Source of the DNA: a virus
Lineage: Duplodnaviria; Heunggongvirae; Uroviricota; Caudoviricetes
Direction: 5' to 3' (one strand)
Length of the DNA: 37,809 nucleotides
Virus record (IMG/VR): IMGVR_UViG_2602041644_000008
Coordinates: 1-37,809 of that record
Of the stretch, positions 26,424 to 34,904 are shown in pieces. A program made the translations under genes and the position numbers. Position 1 is the stretch's first letter; the number at the start of each line of letters is the position of its first letter. The notes under the pieces are model-generated. The model was not told where the DNA came from, made no database searches, and saw nothing but the letters and a program-made list of their open reading frames with translations.

Positions 26424-26451
26424 AGCCAGCCTATGAGCTGGCTTTGTTTTA
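26424..26451. terminator. Terminator AGCCAGC-CTATGA-GCTGGCT followed by TTTGTTTT
   Basis: 7-bp stem plus T-tract on the plus strand and an A-tract on the other side (weakly bidirectional). Separates terL and the Gp49-like gene. Confidence 0.55.
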
Positions 26452-26493
26452 TCCTCACCAGAGGATATCAACGACATTATCCCCACCAGCGGA

Positions 26494-27969
26494 TTAAGCA
26501 TAGGGATCGTAATCTGTAATGGCCTTGCCTTGCTGGTTCTGCTGACCTGGAATTCGCAGACGCTTCGACACAGGGAAAGCAAACGTCAGCAATAGCGCAT
26601 CGCCTTTACCCGGCGAACGCCCAAGCCGCTCCTTGATATCTTCCTTCGGTTCGATAACGATTTTACCGTCCACTCGAACTTTGTACTCTGCCGCCGACAG
26701 GTCGTCCGCTGTTTCCTGGTCATCAAGCATCCCGCCCAGCCTCAGCCATGTCTTGCATGAGTTGAACATCTCCCCACGCTTGTTGAGCATCTGCGGGTCA
26801 GTAGACGCGCCACCGAACGGAACAAGTTGCCATGTGCGCCCCCAACCGTCACCGATTGACTTCAGACCGGTACCGTAACCAAAGTCGATGAACACTGCGT
26901 CAGCCTGATACAGGTCTTCAAAGTCAGCGATACGCTTCGCCATAATCAGATCGTCGGTAGTCTTGTTGCCAGTCCACAGCACCTTACTGTGTAGCCCCTG
27001 CCGCAGGTATATCACCGCGTCATCAACGCCTGAATATGCCGGGTCAACACCGATTATCACCGGAGCATGCGCCACCTGCGCAGCGGTTACCACCCGTTTC
27101 ATTGCCTCATCAGTAAGACCGGTAGGGATAAACTGCAATTCAGATGCATCAGGGAATATGCCGCGCACACGGATTTTAACGAAGTCGCTGTCTTCCCCGT
27201 AGTCATCAACCCATTTCTGCAACTGCTGTTTGTTAGTGCCTTCCACCGTCCGGCTGTCAATCTGCGCAGTTTTCCAGCGGTGTTTATATTTGCGGAAACA
27301 TTCGCGGAAACGCCCGGTGTTACGTGTAGGGTTTCCGAACGCCACCCAGATAATCTCAGTGTCTTCGTCCGTAAGCGCACCCTCAGCAACTTCCCACACC
27401 AGATCCGCAATGTTCGACGCTTCATCGAATACCACGATGATGCGTTTGCGCTCGTTGTGTAGTCCGGCGAATGCCTCAGTGTTGTGCTCAGACCAGGGTA
27501 TTGCGTCAGCCCGCCACCGCTTGTCGTGCCCAGGGTCATTGCTGTACATCGCGGTAGCGGTACAGGTAAACCAGTCTTTCGTGATAGCAAGGTTAGACCA
27601 CTTGATAATTTCCGGCCAGGTCTTCGTTCGTAGCTGGTTGTCGGTGTTAGCGGTCACCACAACCTTACAATCCTCGCAAGTGGACATGCCCCAGTTGATC
27701 AGCATTGAGATGAATGCGGATTTACCAATACCGTGACCAGAAGCGCGTGCCAGCATAAGCGGCTGATAGCGCGTCTCTGGATTCTGCAGGTGATCACGTA
27801 TCTCTCGGAACGCATCAGCCTGCCACTGACGTGGGCCGGTGGCATGTGCCAGTTCAGTCCCCTCTTCCCCCCACGGGAACGCATAGAGAGCATAGCCAAG
27901 CGGATCGTGAGTGAACCCTGCAATATCCTCGATCAACTGCTCTTCAGGAGATAACGCTGTATCTGTCAC
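26494..27969 (-). CDS. Terminase large subunit
   Basis: 491 aa. ATPase region GHGIGKSAFISMLINW (Walker A-like) and VVFDEASNI (Walker B-like). C-terminal nuclease-like region. Overlaps the terS stop. Confidence 0.85.
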   Translation of the reverse strand: MTDTALSPEEQLIEDIAGFTHDPLGYALYAFPWGEEGTELAHATGPRQWQADAFREIRDHLQNPETRYQPLMLARASGHGIGKSAFISMLINWGMSTCEDCKVVVTANTDNQLRTKTWPEIIKWSNLAITKDWFTCTATAMYSNDPGHDKRWRADAIPWSEHNTEAFAGLHNERKRIIVVFDEASNIADLVWEVAEGALTDEDTEIIWVAFGNPTRNTGRFRECFRKYKHRWKTAQIDSRTVEGTNKQQLQKWVDDYGEDSDFVKIRVRGIFPDASELQFIPTGLTDEAMKRVVTAAQVAHAPVIIGVDPAYSGVDDAVIYLRQGLHSKVLWTGNKTTDDLIMAKRIADFEDLYQADAVFIDFGYGTGLKSIGDGWGRTWQLVPFGGASTDPQMLNKRGEMFNSCKTWLRLGGMLDDQETADDLSAAEYKVRVDGKIVIEPKEDIKERLGRSPGKGDALLLTFAFPVSKRLRIPGQQNQQGKAITDYDPYA

Positions 27970-28563
27970 TGATTACCATCCTGACGTTCTTTGAGTCGCT
28001 TCCTGGCTGCCGCTATGCGATCAGCAATTGTCACATTCACATTAACATCCAGGCGTTCTTTGAACGCGTTGACATCAACATGCTTACCAATCAGCTCAAG
28101 GTTCTTCACCTTGTCAGGCCATTTAATTTTTTTGAGGATTGTCTCTATCGAATCCTCGTTCATGTTCATGATGGTCGATGACAGATCAAAGCCACTAAGC
28201 GTAGTGCGCCAGATTTTCGGCCACTCACGGATTGGTTTAAGGCTCCCATCGTCGTTGAGGATGTCGATCACGTCCATCTGGTCGATCTCCACCAGGCGCA
28301 TGAGAACGTAATCAGCACTGACGCGCATTCGTTTGTTGCGCTCCTCCATCAACTCGGCAATCCGTTTTTGAATGCGTTCATCGCGCATCATGACACTGGC
28401 TTTAACTGCCGCTGTATTTGGGGAGAATCCTGCGTTAATCGCTGCCTGAGTTTGGTTTTCAGGCGTTTTGATGTATGACTGGCAATAAGCCTCCTGCATT
28501 GTTGTTAGTGGCTTAAATTGCGTTGATTTGCGTTTATAGGTTTTAGGTTCAGCAGGCATCATA
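27966..28563 (-). CDS. Terminase small subunit
   Basis: Start moved to MMPAEPK; the tracked N-terminal 26 codons translate the operator/terminator repeats. HTH-like N-terminus and basic C-terminus. Directly upstream of terL. Confidence 0.65.
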
Positions 28564-28595
28564 ACCACCGTGGTAATAGTTACCGTTGTGGTAAT
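28561..28595. promoter_or_regulatory. Two adjacent operator-like dyads (ATAACCACCGTGGTAAT and GTTACCGTTGTGGTAAT) over the terS start region
   Basis: 6-N5-6 dyads matching the genome-wide motif. Located between the upstream terminator and the terS ATG. Confidence 0.5.
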
Positions 28596-28602
28596 AGTAC
28601 CA

Positions 28603-28631
28603 TGCAAAATAAAGCCGCCATAGTTGGCGGC
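28603..28631 (-). terminator. Rho-independent terminator upstream of terS (end of early/nin transcription or tR'-like element)
   Basis: Minus strand GCCGCC-AACTAT-GGCGGC followed by TTTATTTTG. Confidence 0.55.
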
Positions 28632-28672
28632 AGTATTCAAAATCCATCAAATTCATCATGCATAATCTACTC

Positions 28673-28686
28673 GTGACATGTCACAC
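28673..28686. repeat. Palindrome CGTGACATGTCACA (copy 2), upstream of terS
   Basis: Identical 14-mer to 26407-26420. Overlaps the stop codon of the 28681..29028 gene. Confidence 0.6.
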
Positions 28687-29028
28687 TATTAATTTCGTTT
28701 CATGCCAGCCTTTAGTCACCCAGCATTGCGAGTCACCATTACACGGGCATGAATTAACGGGAACTCTCTCGCCGCACTTACCGCAAAGTTTTCTGCTGAT
28801 CGATTTTATACGCCCGCGCACACGTGCATCATCCTGGCGGATCAGCAGCGCGATGTACTCGGCCATTTCATAGGGATCGCGACCAGGGCGCCGGGCGGCG
28901 CAGTTCCGCGCCAGCATTTCCTGCTCCTGCTTATCCAGCACCAGTTCAATTTTGCGCTCACCGGCGGCGGACTGCCGAGCGCGCTGCGCGGCTTTGCGTT
29001 CTGCGGGGGATTTAGCCACGAATCGCAC
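28681..29028 (-). CDS. Basic protein with C-terminal Cys cluster (CGKCGERVPVNSCPCNGDSQC); candidate zinc-binding late-gene regulator
   Basis: Arg/Ala-rich N-terminus and putative zinc finger. Immediately upstream of the palindrome/terminator/terS region, by analogy to Q/Ogr-type positioning. Confidence 0.4.
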   Translation of the reverse strand: MRFVAKSPAERKAAQRARQSAAGERKIELVLDKQEQEMLARNCAARRPGRDPYEMAEYIALLIRQDDARVRGRIKSISRKLCGKCGERVPVNSCPCNGDSQCWVTKGWHETKLIV

Positions 29029-29134
29029 TCCACGCCAGATTGATTAATGACTCCCAGGCAATATAAACCCGGATACCAGCAGCCAGGCCGAAACCAATCA
29101 CCATGGCATAAAGCAGAGCGTTGCACTTGTTCAT
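29015..29134 (-). CDS. Tiny hydrophobic peptide (39 aa, MNKCNALLYAMVIGFGLAAGIRVYIAWESLINLAWSAIRG)
   Basis: Untracked short ORF with one TM helix, coupled (ATGA-type overlap) to the upstream gene end. Speculative. Confidence 0.2.
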
Positions 29135-29904
29135 TACTTCACCTCCTGCGGTGGTTCCGGTAGCGGCATCCAGTGGGTTGCTTGCTCAATACCATTACCC
29201 GGCTTAATCGTTGCATCTCCGCGCCGAAAGGTGCTTCCGGTATAGCGTGCGGAGCATATTAGCGGTTCAACCAGAGAGCTATCGAAATTCACCGAAATAA
29301 GCACGTTCTGGCCCTTTTCAGGCATTCGCTCACTACAGCTTATCCAACCATCCGGAGTTACCGGAGTTGGTCCATCGAATTCGGGCATGTCAGGACCTTT
29401 TCTGATAGCTTTAGCCAGCTCCAGCGGGTCATCGTAAAGCCAGTCGCCAGTTTGTGGGTGATTTGCTTCTGCAAGCTGCGCAGCCCATTCAAGACCATCT
29501 TTTTGACCTTGGAGATAATCAAGTGGCAACTCTTCATGATTACTTGCAGGTTCGGCACCATGAAGCATGGCGGCGCGGCAGGCGTTCCAGCCTCTCACCT
29601 CTGCAATAGCGGCAACAGCATCAACCGCGTACATGCTAAGAGGATTAGGCATTGGTTTTTCTTCCGGTACTACTGGCACTGGAGGGGTGGCGTAGAGTGG
29701 AACTCCTCCCCCTCCACCAGAAAATTCATTGCGAGCGTTATACTCACGACCATCTGCGTCATCACGCATCCACGCCACCGCTTCTGCTTCCAGCGATGCC
29801 AGTGCGATTTCATAAGCCCGACGCTCAATATTGTCTCGGACGTCCAGGCTGCCTATACGCTCTCTGATTTCTTTAATCAGTTCTTTGTCGGTTAAAGTGG
29901 TCAT
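29134..29904 (-). CDS. DUF551-domain protein
   Basis: C-terminal DGWISCSERMPEKGQNVLI...ATHWMPLPEPP resembles the DUF551 module frequent in lambdoid early regions. Confidence 0.5.
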   Translation of the reverse strand: MTTLTDKELIKEIRERIGSLDVRDNIERRAYEIALASLEAEAVAWMRDDADGREYNARNEFSGGGGGVPLYATPPVPVVPEEKPMPNPLSMYAVDAVAAIAEVRGWNACRAAMLHGAEPASNHEELPLDYLQGQKDGLEWAAQLAEANHPQTGDWLYDDPLELAKAIRKGPDMPEFDGPTPVTPDGWISCSERMPEKGQNVLISVNFDSSLVEPLICSARYTGSTFRRGDATIKPGNGIEQATHWMPLPEPPQEVK

Positions 29905-30434
29905 GCTGCGTTTCCTTCTTTCTTATTAACAATTACACCGTCATATATTTCATTAAGGTGTCCTCTTAGCTCCATGCGCCTTAATGCAGATAACATGTAA
30001 TCGCATTCAACCTGCTTATTCCCAGTAAATGGCTTATCGTCAGGATTACCCCAACAGCAATTACCCCTGGGCCATCCATGTACTTTCCGTACTCTTCCGT
30101 TAACAACGTGAAGTAATCCCCAGCCGGGAGGTAAATCCTCAACTGAAATAATTTCCGGCTCACTAATAAAGAATCGCCAGTCGCCCATGCCAAGTGAGGG
30201 ATTTTTACGGAAACGCTTTTTTCTATCTGCCAACAAGTCAGCACGAGAACACTTCGCCTCTATCAGGCATGATGCTGAATTTCTGAATCCCATAGCATCT
30301 GGCTGTTCTCCGGTACTGGTTACAGCAACAAAGCGGTCATGAAAGCAAACCTTGAACCCGTTGCGCTTAAGGAACTTGTACGCAATCTGACAGAGTTCGT
30401 GGTGTGTTAACGCCATATCACTTTCCTTTCCCAT
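29901..30434 (-). CDS. PD-(D/E)XK nuclease-like protein (VRR-NUC-like motif)
   Basis: GEQPDAMGFRNSASCLIEAKCSRADL fits the G-PD...IE-K VRR-NUC pattern. Confidence 0.4.
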   Translation of the reverse strand: MGKESDMALTHHELCQIAYKFLKRNGFKVCFHDRFVAVTSTGEQPDAMGFRNSASCLIEAKCSRADLLADRKKRFRKNPSLGMGDWRFFISEPEIISVEDLPPGWGLLHVVNGRVRKVHGWPRGNCCWGNPDDKPFTGNKQVECDYMLSALRRMELRGHLNEIYDGVIVNKKEGNAA

Positions 30435-30452
30435 GTTGTCATGTGTTAGTCC

Positions 30453-30716
30453 TTATCCTGCTGTGCTTTCAACTGATGAGGGGAATAAAATCTTTTCATC
30501 AAATCCGGCATTCATATCATGGACAGCAACACACCAATCCATCGACGAACGATTATCAAGAGCCTCCATGATTTCATCCATGCGGCGCAGGTCATACAGG
30601 TAAATGCTTTTATCGCCAATGGTGTAAAAACCAATTTTTTTCGGTGATGGGCAGCGATCAAGAACGTCCTGTAATTCGCTCAACCATGCTTGTTCTTTTT
30701 TTGTCAAAGTTGCCAT
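30453..30716 (-). CDS. Hypothetical protein (87 aa)
   Basis: ORF in the nin-like region with appropriate spacing. No domain recognised. Confidence 0.4.
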   Translation of the reverse strand: MATLTKKEQAWLSELQDVLDRCPSPKKIGFYTIGDKSIYLYDLRRMDEIMEALDNRSSMDWCVAVHDMNAGFDEKILFPSSVESTAG

Positions 30717-30717
30717 A

Positions 30718-31212
30718 TCACTCTCCTTTGATGCGAATGCCAGTGGTACTCATTCTCCTGATTTCCCAGAGCACACGAGGAACACCACCGTTTCCGACCG
30801 GATCGCGCTTACTCCGCATGGCGACGCTTGATTCCGCCCAGCTTTTTCTTGGAGGAAGCTCTTTCACACGAACAAAACCAGCTGCGCGAAGAGATGCTCC
30901 TGATTCATCTGCCTGGGTGTACGTAATACAACGTTGATAACCCATAGCCTTTGCTGCCCGCCAGACAGCACCATAAAGCGCGCTGTTAGCGTTGCGTTCT
31001 CCTGTGGTACATGTGCGATTTACTTCAAGCGTTAATCCATCGTCCAAATGTCGTGCAACAGGTCGACCAGCTGTCGCCACACCTATCAATTCTCCGGCAT
31101 TATTTCTCAGACCAATGCTGAATTTATGCCCCACTGGTGGTTTATTGTGTCGGTGGTGCTGTGCGATAAATTCCTGCGCCGCTTTCAGCGTTATAGGTGA
31201 AATGACCATCAC
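30718..31212 (-). CDS. GNAT-fold acetyltransferase-like protein (tentative)
   Basis: IGLRNNAGELIGVATAG and ERNANSALYGAVWRAAKAMGYQRCITYT resemble GNAT motifs. Weak call. Confidence 0.3.
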   Translation of the reverse strand: MMVISPITLKAAQEFIAQHHRHNKPPVGHKFSIGLRNNAGELIGVATAGRPVARHLDDGLTLEVNRTCTTGERNANSALYGAVWRAAKAMGYQRCITYTQADESGASLRAAGFVRVKELPPRKSWAESSVAMRSKRDPVGNGGVPRVLWEIRRMSTTGIRIKGE

Positions 31213-31901
31213 TCAGACTCCTCCTTGATGCCAGCGGCGCGGGAATCATTCCATCGCTTTACTTCTTCACGAATTACGTCAATGCATTCTTTCGAATCCA
31301 TTAGGTAATCTTCATCAAAAAGACGTTCCTGTTCGTTTTCTATCGCAACAATGATTGCTTCAACTAATTTTTGTGCCTGAGAATCACTTTCTAACTCTGC
31401 AATGCGCTTCTCTGCGGCTTCCAACTTCTCGCGCATATCGTCAACGTACTCGACCAGAGAACCGCCAGCAGGAATTTCGCACTCCTCGACCAGTTGGAAG
31501 TAGATATCAGCTGCGGCCCGTGTGTTGCTATGCCTAGCGTCGCCCATCTCACCTTCACGAAGAGCATCGCGTTCGGCGGTAAGATTGGCTATTTTGCTGT
31601 CTTTGCCTTCCAGCTCAACGCGCAGCTTCCCTACCGTTAGCGCAATATCCTCGTTCTCCTGATCGCGGGATTTGATGTATTGCTGGTTCCTTTCCCGTTC
31701 ATCCAGTAGTGCCAAAGCAACCTTTGGATTAAAGGCAGCAATAAATTCAGCGTTGTTTTTCAGAACGTGTTGCGCAATGGCCTGACCACTTAGTCGGACC
31801 TTATAACCACGTGCGCCACGGTGTGGTTTATATGAGTCCCAGTCTCCCCACGTTGCTTTTTCTGCCTTTTCACGCAGTGCCTGATAGTTAATGTTGGTCA
31901 T
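31209..31901 (-). CDS. Ead/Ea22-like protein
   Basis: N-terminus MTNINYQALREKAEKATWGDW is typical of the Ead/Ea22 family. Coiled-coil middle. Confidence 0.55.
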   Translation of the reverse strand: MTNINYQALREKAEKATWGDWDSYKPHRGARGYKVRLSGQAIAQHVLKNNAEFIAAFNPKVALALLDERERNQQYIKSRDQENEDIALTVGKLRVELEGKDSKIANLTAERDALREGEMGDARHSNTRAAADIYFQLVEECEIPAGGSLVEYVDDMREKLEAAEKRIAELESDSQAQKLVEAIIVAIENEQERLFDEDYLMDSKECIDVIREEVKRWNDSRAAGIKEESE

Positions 31902-31902
31902 A

Positions 31903-32202
31903 TCACATCACCCTGAAGCCGTTGCATTTACGTAAAAAATCGCAGATATAGCCCTTCATTTTTTCGTGCCAATCTCGATCATTCCCATTGCACCAACCAT
32001 CAGGTGGAGTCCAGTTTTCTATCAGAGCAGCCATTTTCTTTGCTTTCGCCGGAGTAGCTGTTGCGGTATCGCAGTAATGACGAGTGTCAACCAACGTATC
32101 CATACCATCGATATCAAGTACGCAAAACCATGTGTGATTCGGAATTCCTACAGGTGGTATTTGTTGCCCACGTCGACGTTTATCAATAAGATATACACTC
32201 AC
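31903..32202 (-). CDS. Hypothetical protein (99 aa)
   Basis: ORF with coupled start/stop. Cys/His/Trp-rich. Confidence 0.4.
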   Translation of the reverse strand: MSVYLIDKRRRGQQIPPVGIPNHTWFCVLDIDGMDTLVDTRHYCDTATATPAKAKKMAALIENWTPPDGWCNGNDRDWHEKMKGYICDFLRKCNGFRVM

Positions 32203-32768
32203 TGGTTACCTCCTTTGCGAAGCTCTGCGGCGATATCTTCGAGAACGCCATCAGAGAATGAGCGGTCAAAATCGCCTTCCGGCGCATTAGCCATAAACTC
32301 AGTAGAGGTAAGAATCATCCGGGCAATATCCGCGGCGTTCTTCGCAGTATCATCAATAAAACCAGCTTCCCAGGCAGCCAGCATTCTGTTCGCCACAAAG
32401 TAAGCGCCCTCCTTGCGTGCTTCAGTCTTCACTTCAGCTAGGAAAGCATCGGTGGCTGGAATGGGCTTTTGTGGTGATATAGCAATGCGAATTGTCTCAA
32501 GGTCTGGAGCTGTTTCCGCTGTTGGCACCTTGATATAACCCGTCTGCACCCCATTCATGATGAACCTGCGACGGTCATCACATATCGCCTTAAGCCCCGC
32601 ATTCTCCGCTGCCAGCGCATTAGCACGCACCAGTTGCACTTCCAGTTGCGTTGCCAAATCGCTGATCAGCTTTGTCACACTGCGCATATCAACGGCACCA
32701 CATTCTGCTTTCAGTTCCGAAGCCATCTCATGCCCGGCGGCAACTAACCCTTTGATATTACTTTCCAT
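32199..32768 (-). CDS. Hypothetical protein (189 aa)
   Basis: ORF in the early-operon continuation. No domain recognised. Confidence 0.4.
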   Translation of the reverse strand: MESNIKGLVAAGHEMASELKAECGAVDMRSVTKLISDLATQLEVQLVRANALAAENAGLKAICDDRRRFIMNGVQTGYIKVPTAETAPDLETIRIAISPQKPIPATDAFLAEVKTEARKEGAYFVANRMLAAWEAGFIDDTAKNAADIARMILTSTEFMANAPEGDFDRSFSDGVLEDIAAELRKGGNQ

Positions 32769-32829
32769 CTTTACCCTCGCTTATCCACATAACTTATTGA
32801 TTACACTGATAACTAAAAAGATCGTCGAT

Positions 32830-33174
32830 TCAGAACTCTTCGATGTTCCAGCCACCACCTGCTTTCTTTGGCTTAACCGTTACCCCGATGATTCGGAACG
32901 GATACTGATCTGCGGCGACTTTGGTTTTCACCCTGGCGTCGTCGGTCCAGAAACCTTTCACTTCGTGCAGTTCCATCTCGCCGGTGGCGAGCATCACAGC
33001 AAAATCGGGCGTATAGAACGTGTTGTCAGCTAACCGCAACTTGATACCCTCGAATCGATACCAGGCGATTTCCCCTGCACGTTTACGCTGCTCAAGGTGC
33101 TGGCAATACGCAGATTCTGTTTTGTTCATCTGGCCTGTTTTGAGTCGACCAAGAGCCTGCATCTGTTTTCTCAT
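32830..33174 (-). CDS. DUF1064-like protein
   Basis: About 114 aa. NKTESAY..LE.RK.AGEI..YRFE...L.......YTPDF.V...GE.E.HEVKGFWTDDARVK.KVAA fits the DUF1064 pattern found in lambdoid phages. Start is overlapped by an operator. Confidence 0.5.
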   Translation of the reverse strand: MRKQMQALGRLKTGQMNKTESAYCQHLEQRKRAGEIAWYRFEGIKLRLADNTFYTPDFAVMLATGEMELHEVKGFWTDDARVKTKVAADQYPFRIIGVTVKPKKAGGGWNIEEF

Positions 33175-33176
33175 GA

Positions 33177-33193
33177 TTTACCCATGAGGTAAT
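33177..33193. promoter_or_regulatory. Operator dyad TTTACCCATGAGGTAAT
   Basis: Abuts the start codon of the 32830..33174 gene. Confidence 0.5.
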
Positions 33194-33238
33194 TAAAAAC
33201 CACATAAGACACGAAATCAATAGATCTTAGAACATTTT

Positions 33239-33255
33239 ATTACCTAGCAGGTAAT
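33239..33255. promoter_or_regulatory. Operator dyad ATTACCTAGCAGGTAAT
   Basis: Perfect dyad between the post-P terminator and the DUF1064 gene. Confidence 0.55.
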
Positions 33256-33264
33256 TATCAAGAC

Positions 33265-33287
33265 GTAAAAAAATGCGCTATCGCGCT
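33265..33287 (-). terminator. Weak terminator after the P-like gene (GCGC-GATA-GCGC followed by ATTTTTTT)
   Basis: Short GC stem with a 7-T tract on the minus strand. Confidence 0.35.
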
Positions 33288-33291
33288 GGTA

Positions 33292-34092
33292 TTACTTGAT
33301 AAATCCTGCCGCCTTTCCCCGCCTGTATTCCTCCATCAGCCACTGCGCCGGTGTTATTCCCCCCAGGGTAGCGGCGTTAGGCATACACCCGAAACTTCGC
33401 CCTGGTGGATGGTAAACGCCTCTCCCTGTGTCCGGAGGCGTACTCATGGGTTCTGGCTTTGCCTGTATGCTGATCACCGGATCGGGTATCTGCTGTCCGG
33501 AAGCCACCTTTTTCGCCCAATCATCAAGCAGCCTGCGCGCGTGTTTCTCAACCTCAATCTCGCTAAGCTGGCGCTGATACATTGCACGGCGGGTATCACA
33601 TACGACCCAGTACATAACCGGATGCCGCCACGGGAATCTTTCGGGACCACCAGGATATAAACTTTTTTCCTTGCTGTACCGGTGAAACTCCGCCATCACA
33701 TCGTCAATGGTGACGCCAAGAACCATCTTGCTGTCTTTACACCACTTGATAAATTGCCCTGGCGACGGCCAGAACGGAGATTCACTGGCGCGGGCGTGGC
33801 GCATACCAGCAGAAACCTGTTCACGGGTTCGGATCCCCCCTTCGGCAAACGCAGCAATCCACTGCTGTTTTGCAGCAACTTCCTGCTCTGGCGTCTTCAG
33901 GTTGGTTACCACTGCCGCCGGAAACAGTTGTTTCAACTGTTTGAAAAGGGCATCAACAAGCCTCTCTGCTGACATGTTCACTACGTTGTCATTGTTGGTG
34001 TACTGATGCTCATAACCTGACATGCGAGAAAGGGCTTCTCCGTCACGGTTTTGTATCGCGGTAAAAACGTTGTTCACAAGAAATCCTCCCAT
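33292..34092 (-). CDS. Replication protein P-like (lambda P family, DnaB helicase loader)
   Basis: EQEVAAKQQWIAAFAEGGIRTREQVSAGMRHARASESPFWPSPGQFIKWCK aligns closely with lambda P QNEVNEIRRQWVLAFRENGITTMEQVNAGMRVARRQNRPFLPSPGQFVAWCR. Confidence 0.75.
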   Translation of the reverse strand: MGGFLVNNVFTAIQNRDGEALSRMSGYEHQYTNNDNVVNMSAERLVDALFKQLKQLFPAAVVTNLKTPEQEVAAKQQWIAAFAEGGIRTREQVSAGMRHARASESPFWPSPGQFIKWCKDSKMVLGVTIDDVMAEFHRYSKEKSLYPGGPERFPWRHPVMYWVVCDTRRAMYQRQLSEIEVEKHARRLLDDWAKKVASGQQIPDPVISIQAKPEPMSTPPDTGRGVYHPPGRSFGCMPNAATLGGITPAQWLMEEYRRGKAAGFIK

Positions 34093-34889
34093 GCTTCAGG
34101 GCTGTTCCAGTGCGGAACGTTGTTATCAGGTAATGTTGATTGCTTCTGTCTGCTAATCTGCAGCCGCCTTGCCAGCTTCTGCTCCCACTGTGCCTGATGG
34201 TATGCCCTACCCTCAGCCATCCAGTAAATTCTGAACTCTGCAAGTTCCTGTGCCGTTGGCAGACTGTCCAGGTAGATCCCCTGCAATGAGCTTTTCCGAA
34301 GAAAGTCATCTGATGGCTGCCATTGTTCATGCATGACAAATTTGCCTAATTGCCCTGGCCCACCAGGAGGAACAAAGTTATTCATCACGGCGTTGTTTGC
34401 GCCGGGGTCATGATGCACAGAATCCCCGTTTTTTGTCCTGCTCTCCCTCTCTTGGTTAAATGACTGGTTATATGACTGGTTCTGGATCCCGTTTTTGGGA
34501 TCATTCAACATCCCGTTTTTGGGATCATTCAACATCCCGTTTTTGGGTATATTCCCGTTTTCGGGAACATTACCGTTTTCGGGTTCATTACCCCCTTCCC
34601 GGTTGCCTTTAATGTTCCCGTTTTTGGTTATATTAAGAGAGAAAACCCGCACTCTTTTCGTCGCTCCCTTTCTCTCTCCGGTATCTGAAATAAGCCCCAT
34701 TTTCATGAGCGATATAAGCCCGGCCTGCACGGTTTTTTTATTCAGGCAAGTGTCTTTAACGAGGCGTTCTATGCTGGGGTAGCAGAGGTTATATTCATCG
34801 GCTCTGTCAGCCATCGAGAGCAGTATGAGCTTTAATGACGAGCTACCTGGATCTGTCTCCCAGGCCCAATCTGTTGCATGTCTGCTCAT
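34074..34889 (-). CDS. Replication initiator (lambda O-like: N-terminal HTH DNA-binding domain, Asn/Gly-rich repeat linker, C-terminal domain)
   Basis: RBS GGAG-N8-ATG. Peptide repeats (ENGNVPENGNIPKNGMLNDPKNGMLNDPKNGIQ) encoded by iteron DNA inside the gene, as in lambda O. Position is immediately upstream of the P-like gene. Confidence 0.6.
   Translation of the reverse strand: MSRHATDWAWETDPGSSSLKLILLSMADRADEYNLCYPSIERLVKDTCLNKKTVQAGLISLMKMGLISDTGERKGATKRVRVFSLNITKNGNIKGNREGGNEPENGNVPENGNIPKNGMLNDPKNGMLNDPKNGIQNQSYNQSFNQERESRTKNGDSVHHDPGANNAVMNNFVPPGGPGQLGKFVMHEQWQPSDDFLRKSSLQGIYLDSLPTAQELAEFRIYWMAEGRAYHQAQWEQKLARRLQISRQKQSTLPDNNVPHWNSPEAWEDFL
34476..34630. repeat. Origin of replication: about 6 iterons (ATCCCGTTTTTGGGAT-type dyads) plus adjacent AT-rich stretch, inside the O-like gene
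   Basis: GATCCCGTTTTTGGGATC x2 (34476, 34500), ATCCCGTTTTTGGGTAT, TTCCCGTTTTCGGGAAC, TTACCGTTTTCGGGTTC, TTCCCGTTTTTGGTTAT, then ATATTAAGAGAGAAAA. Also direct repeat ATGACTGGTT x2 (34451-34472). Confidence 0.65.
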
Positions 34890-34904
34890 GATTAATCTCC
34901 GCTA

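Noticed and set aside
27966-28640. Full 224-aa terS ORF starting at 28640
   Set aside because: Its first 26 codons (TITTTVTITTVV) are the translation of operator/terminator repeats. The start was moved to MMPAEPK at 28563, which is preceded by the terminator and dyads.
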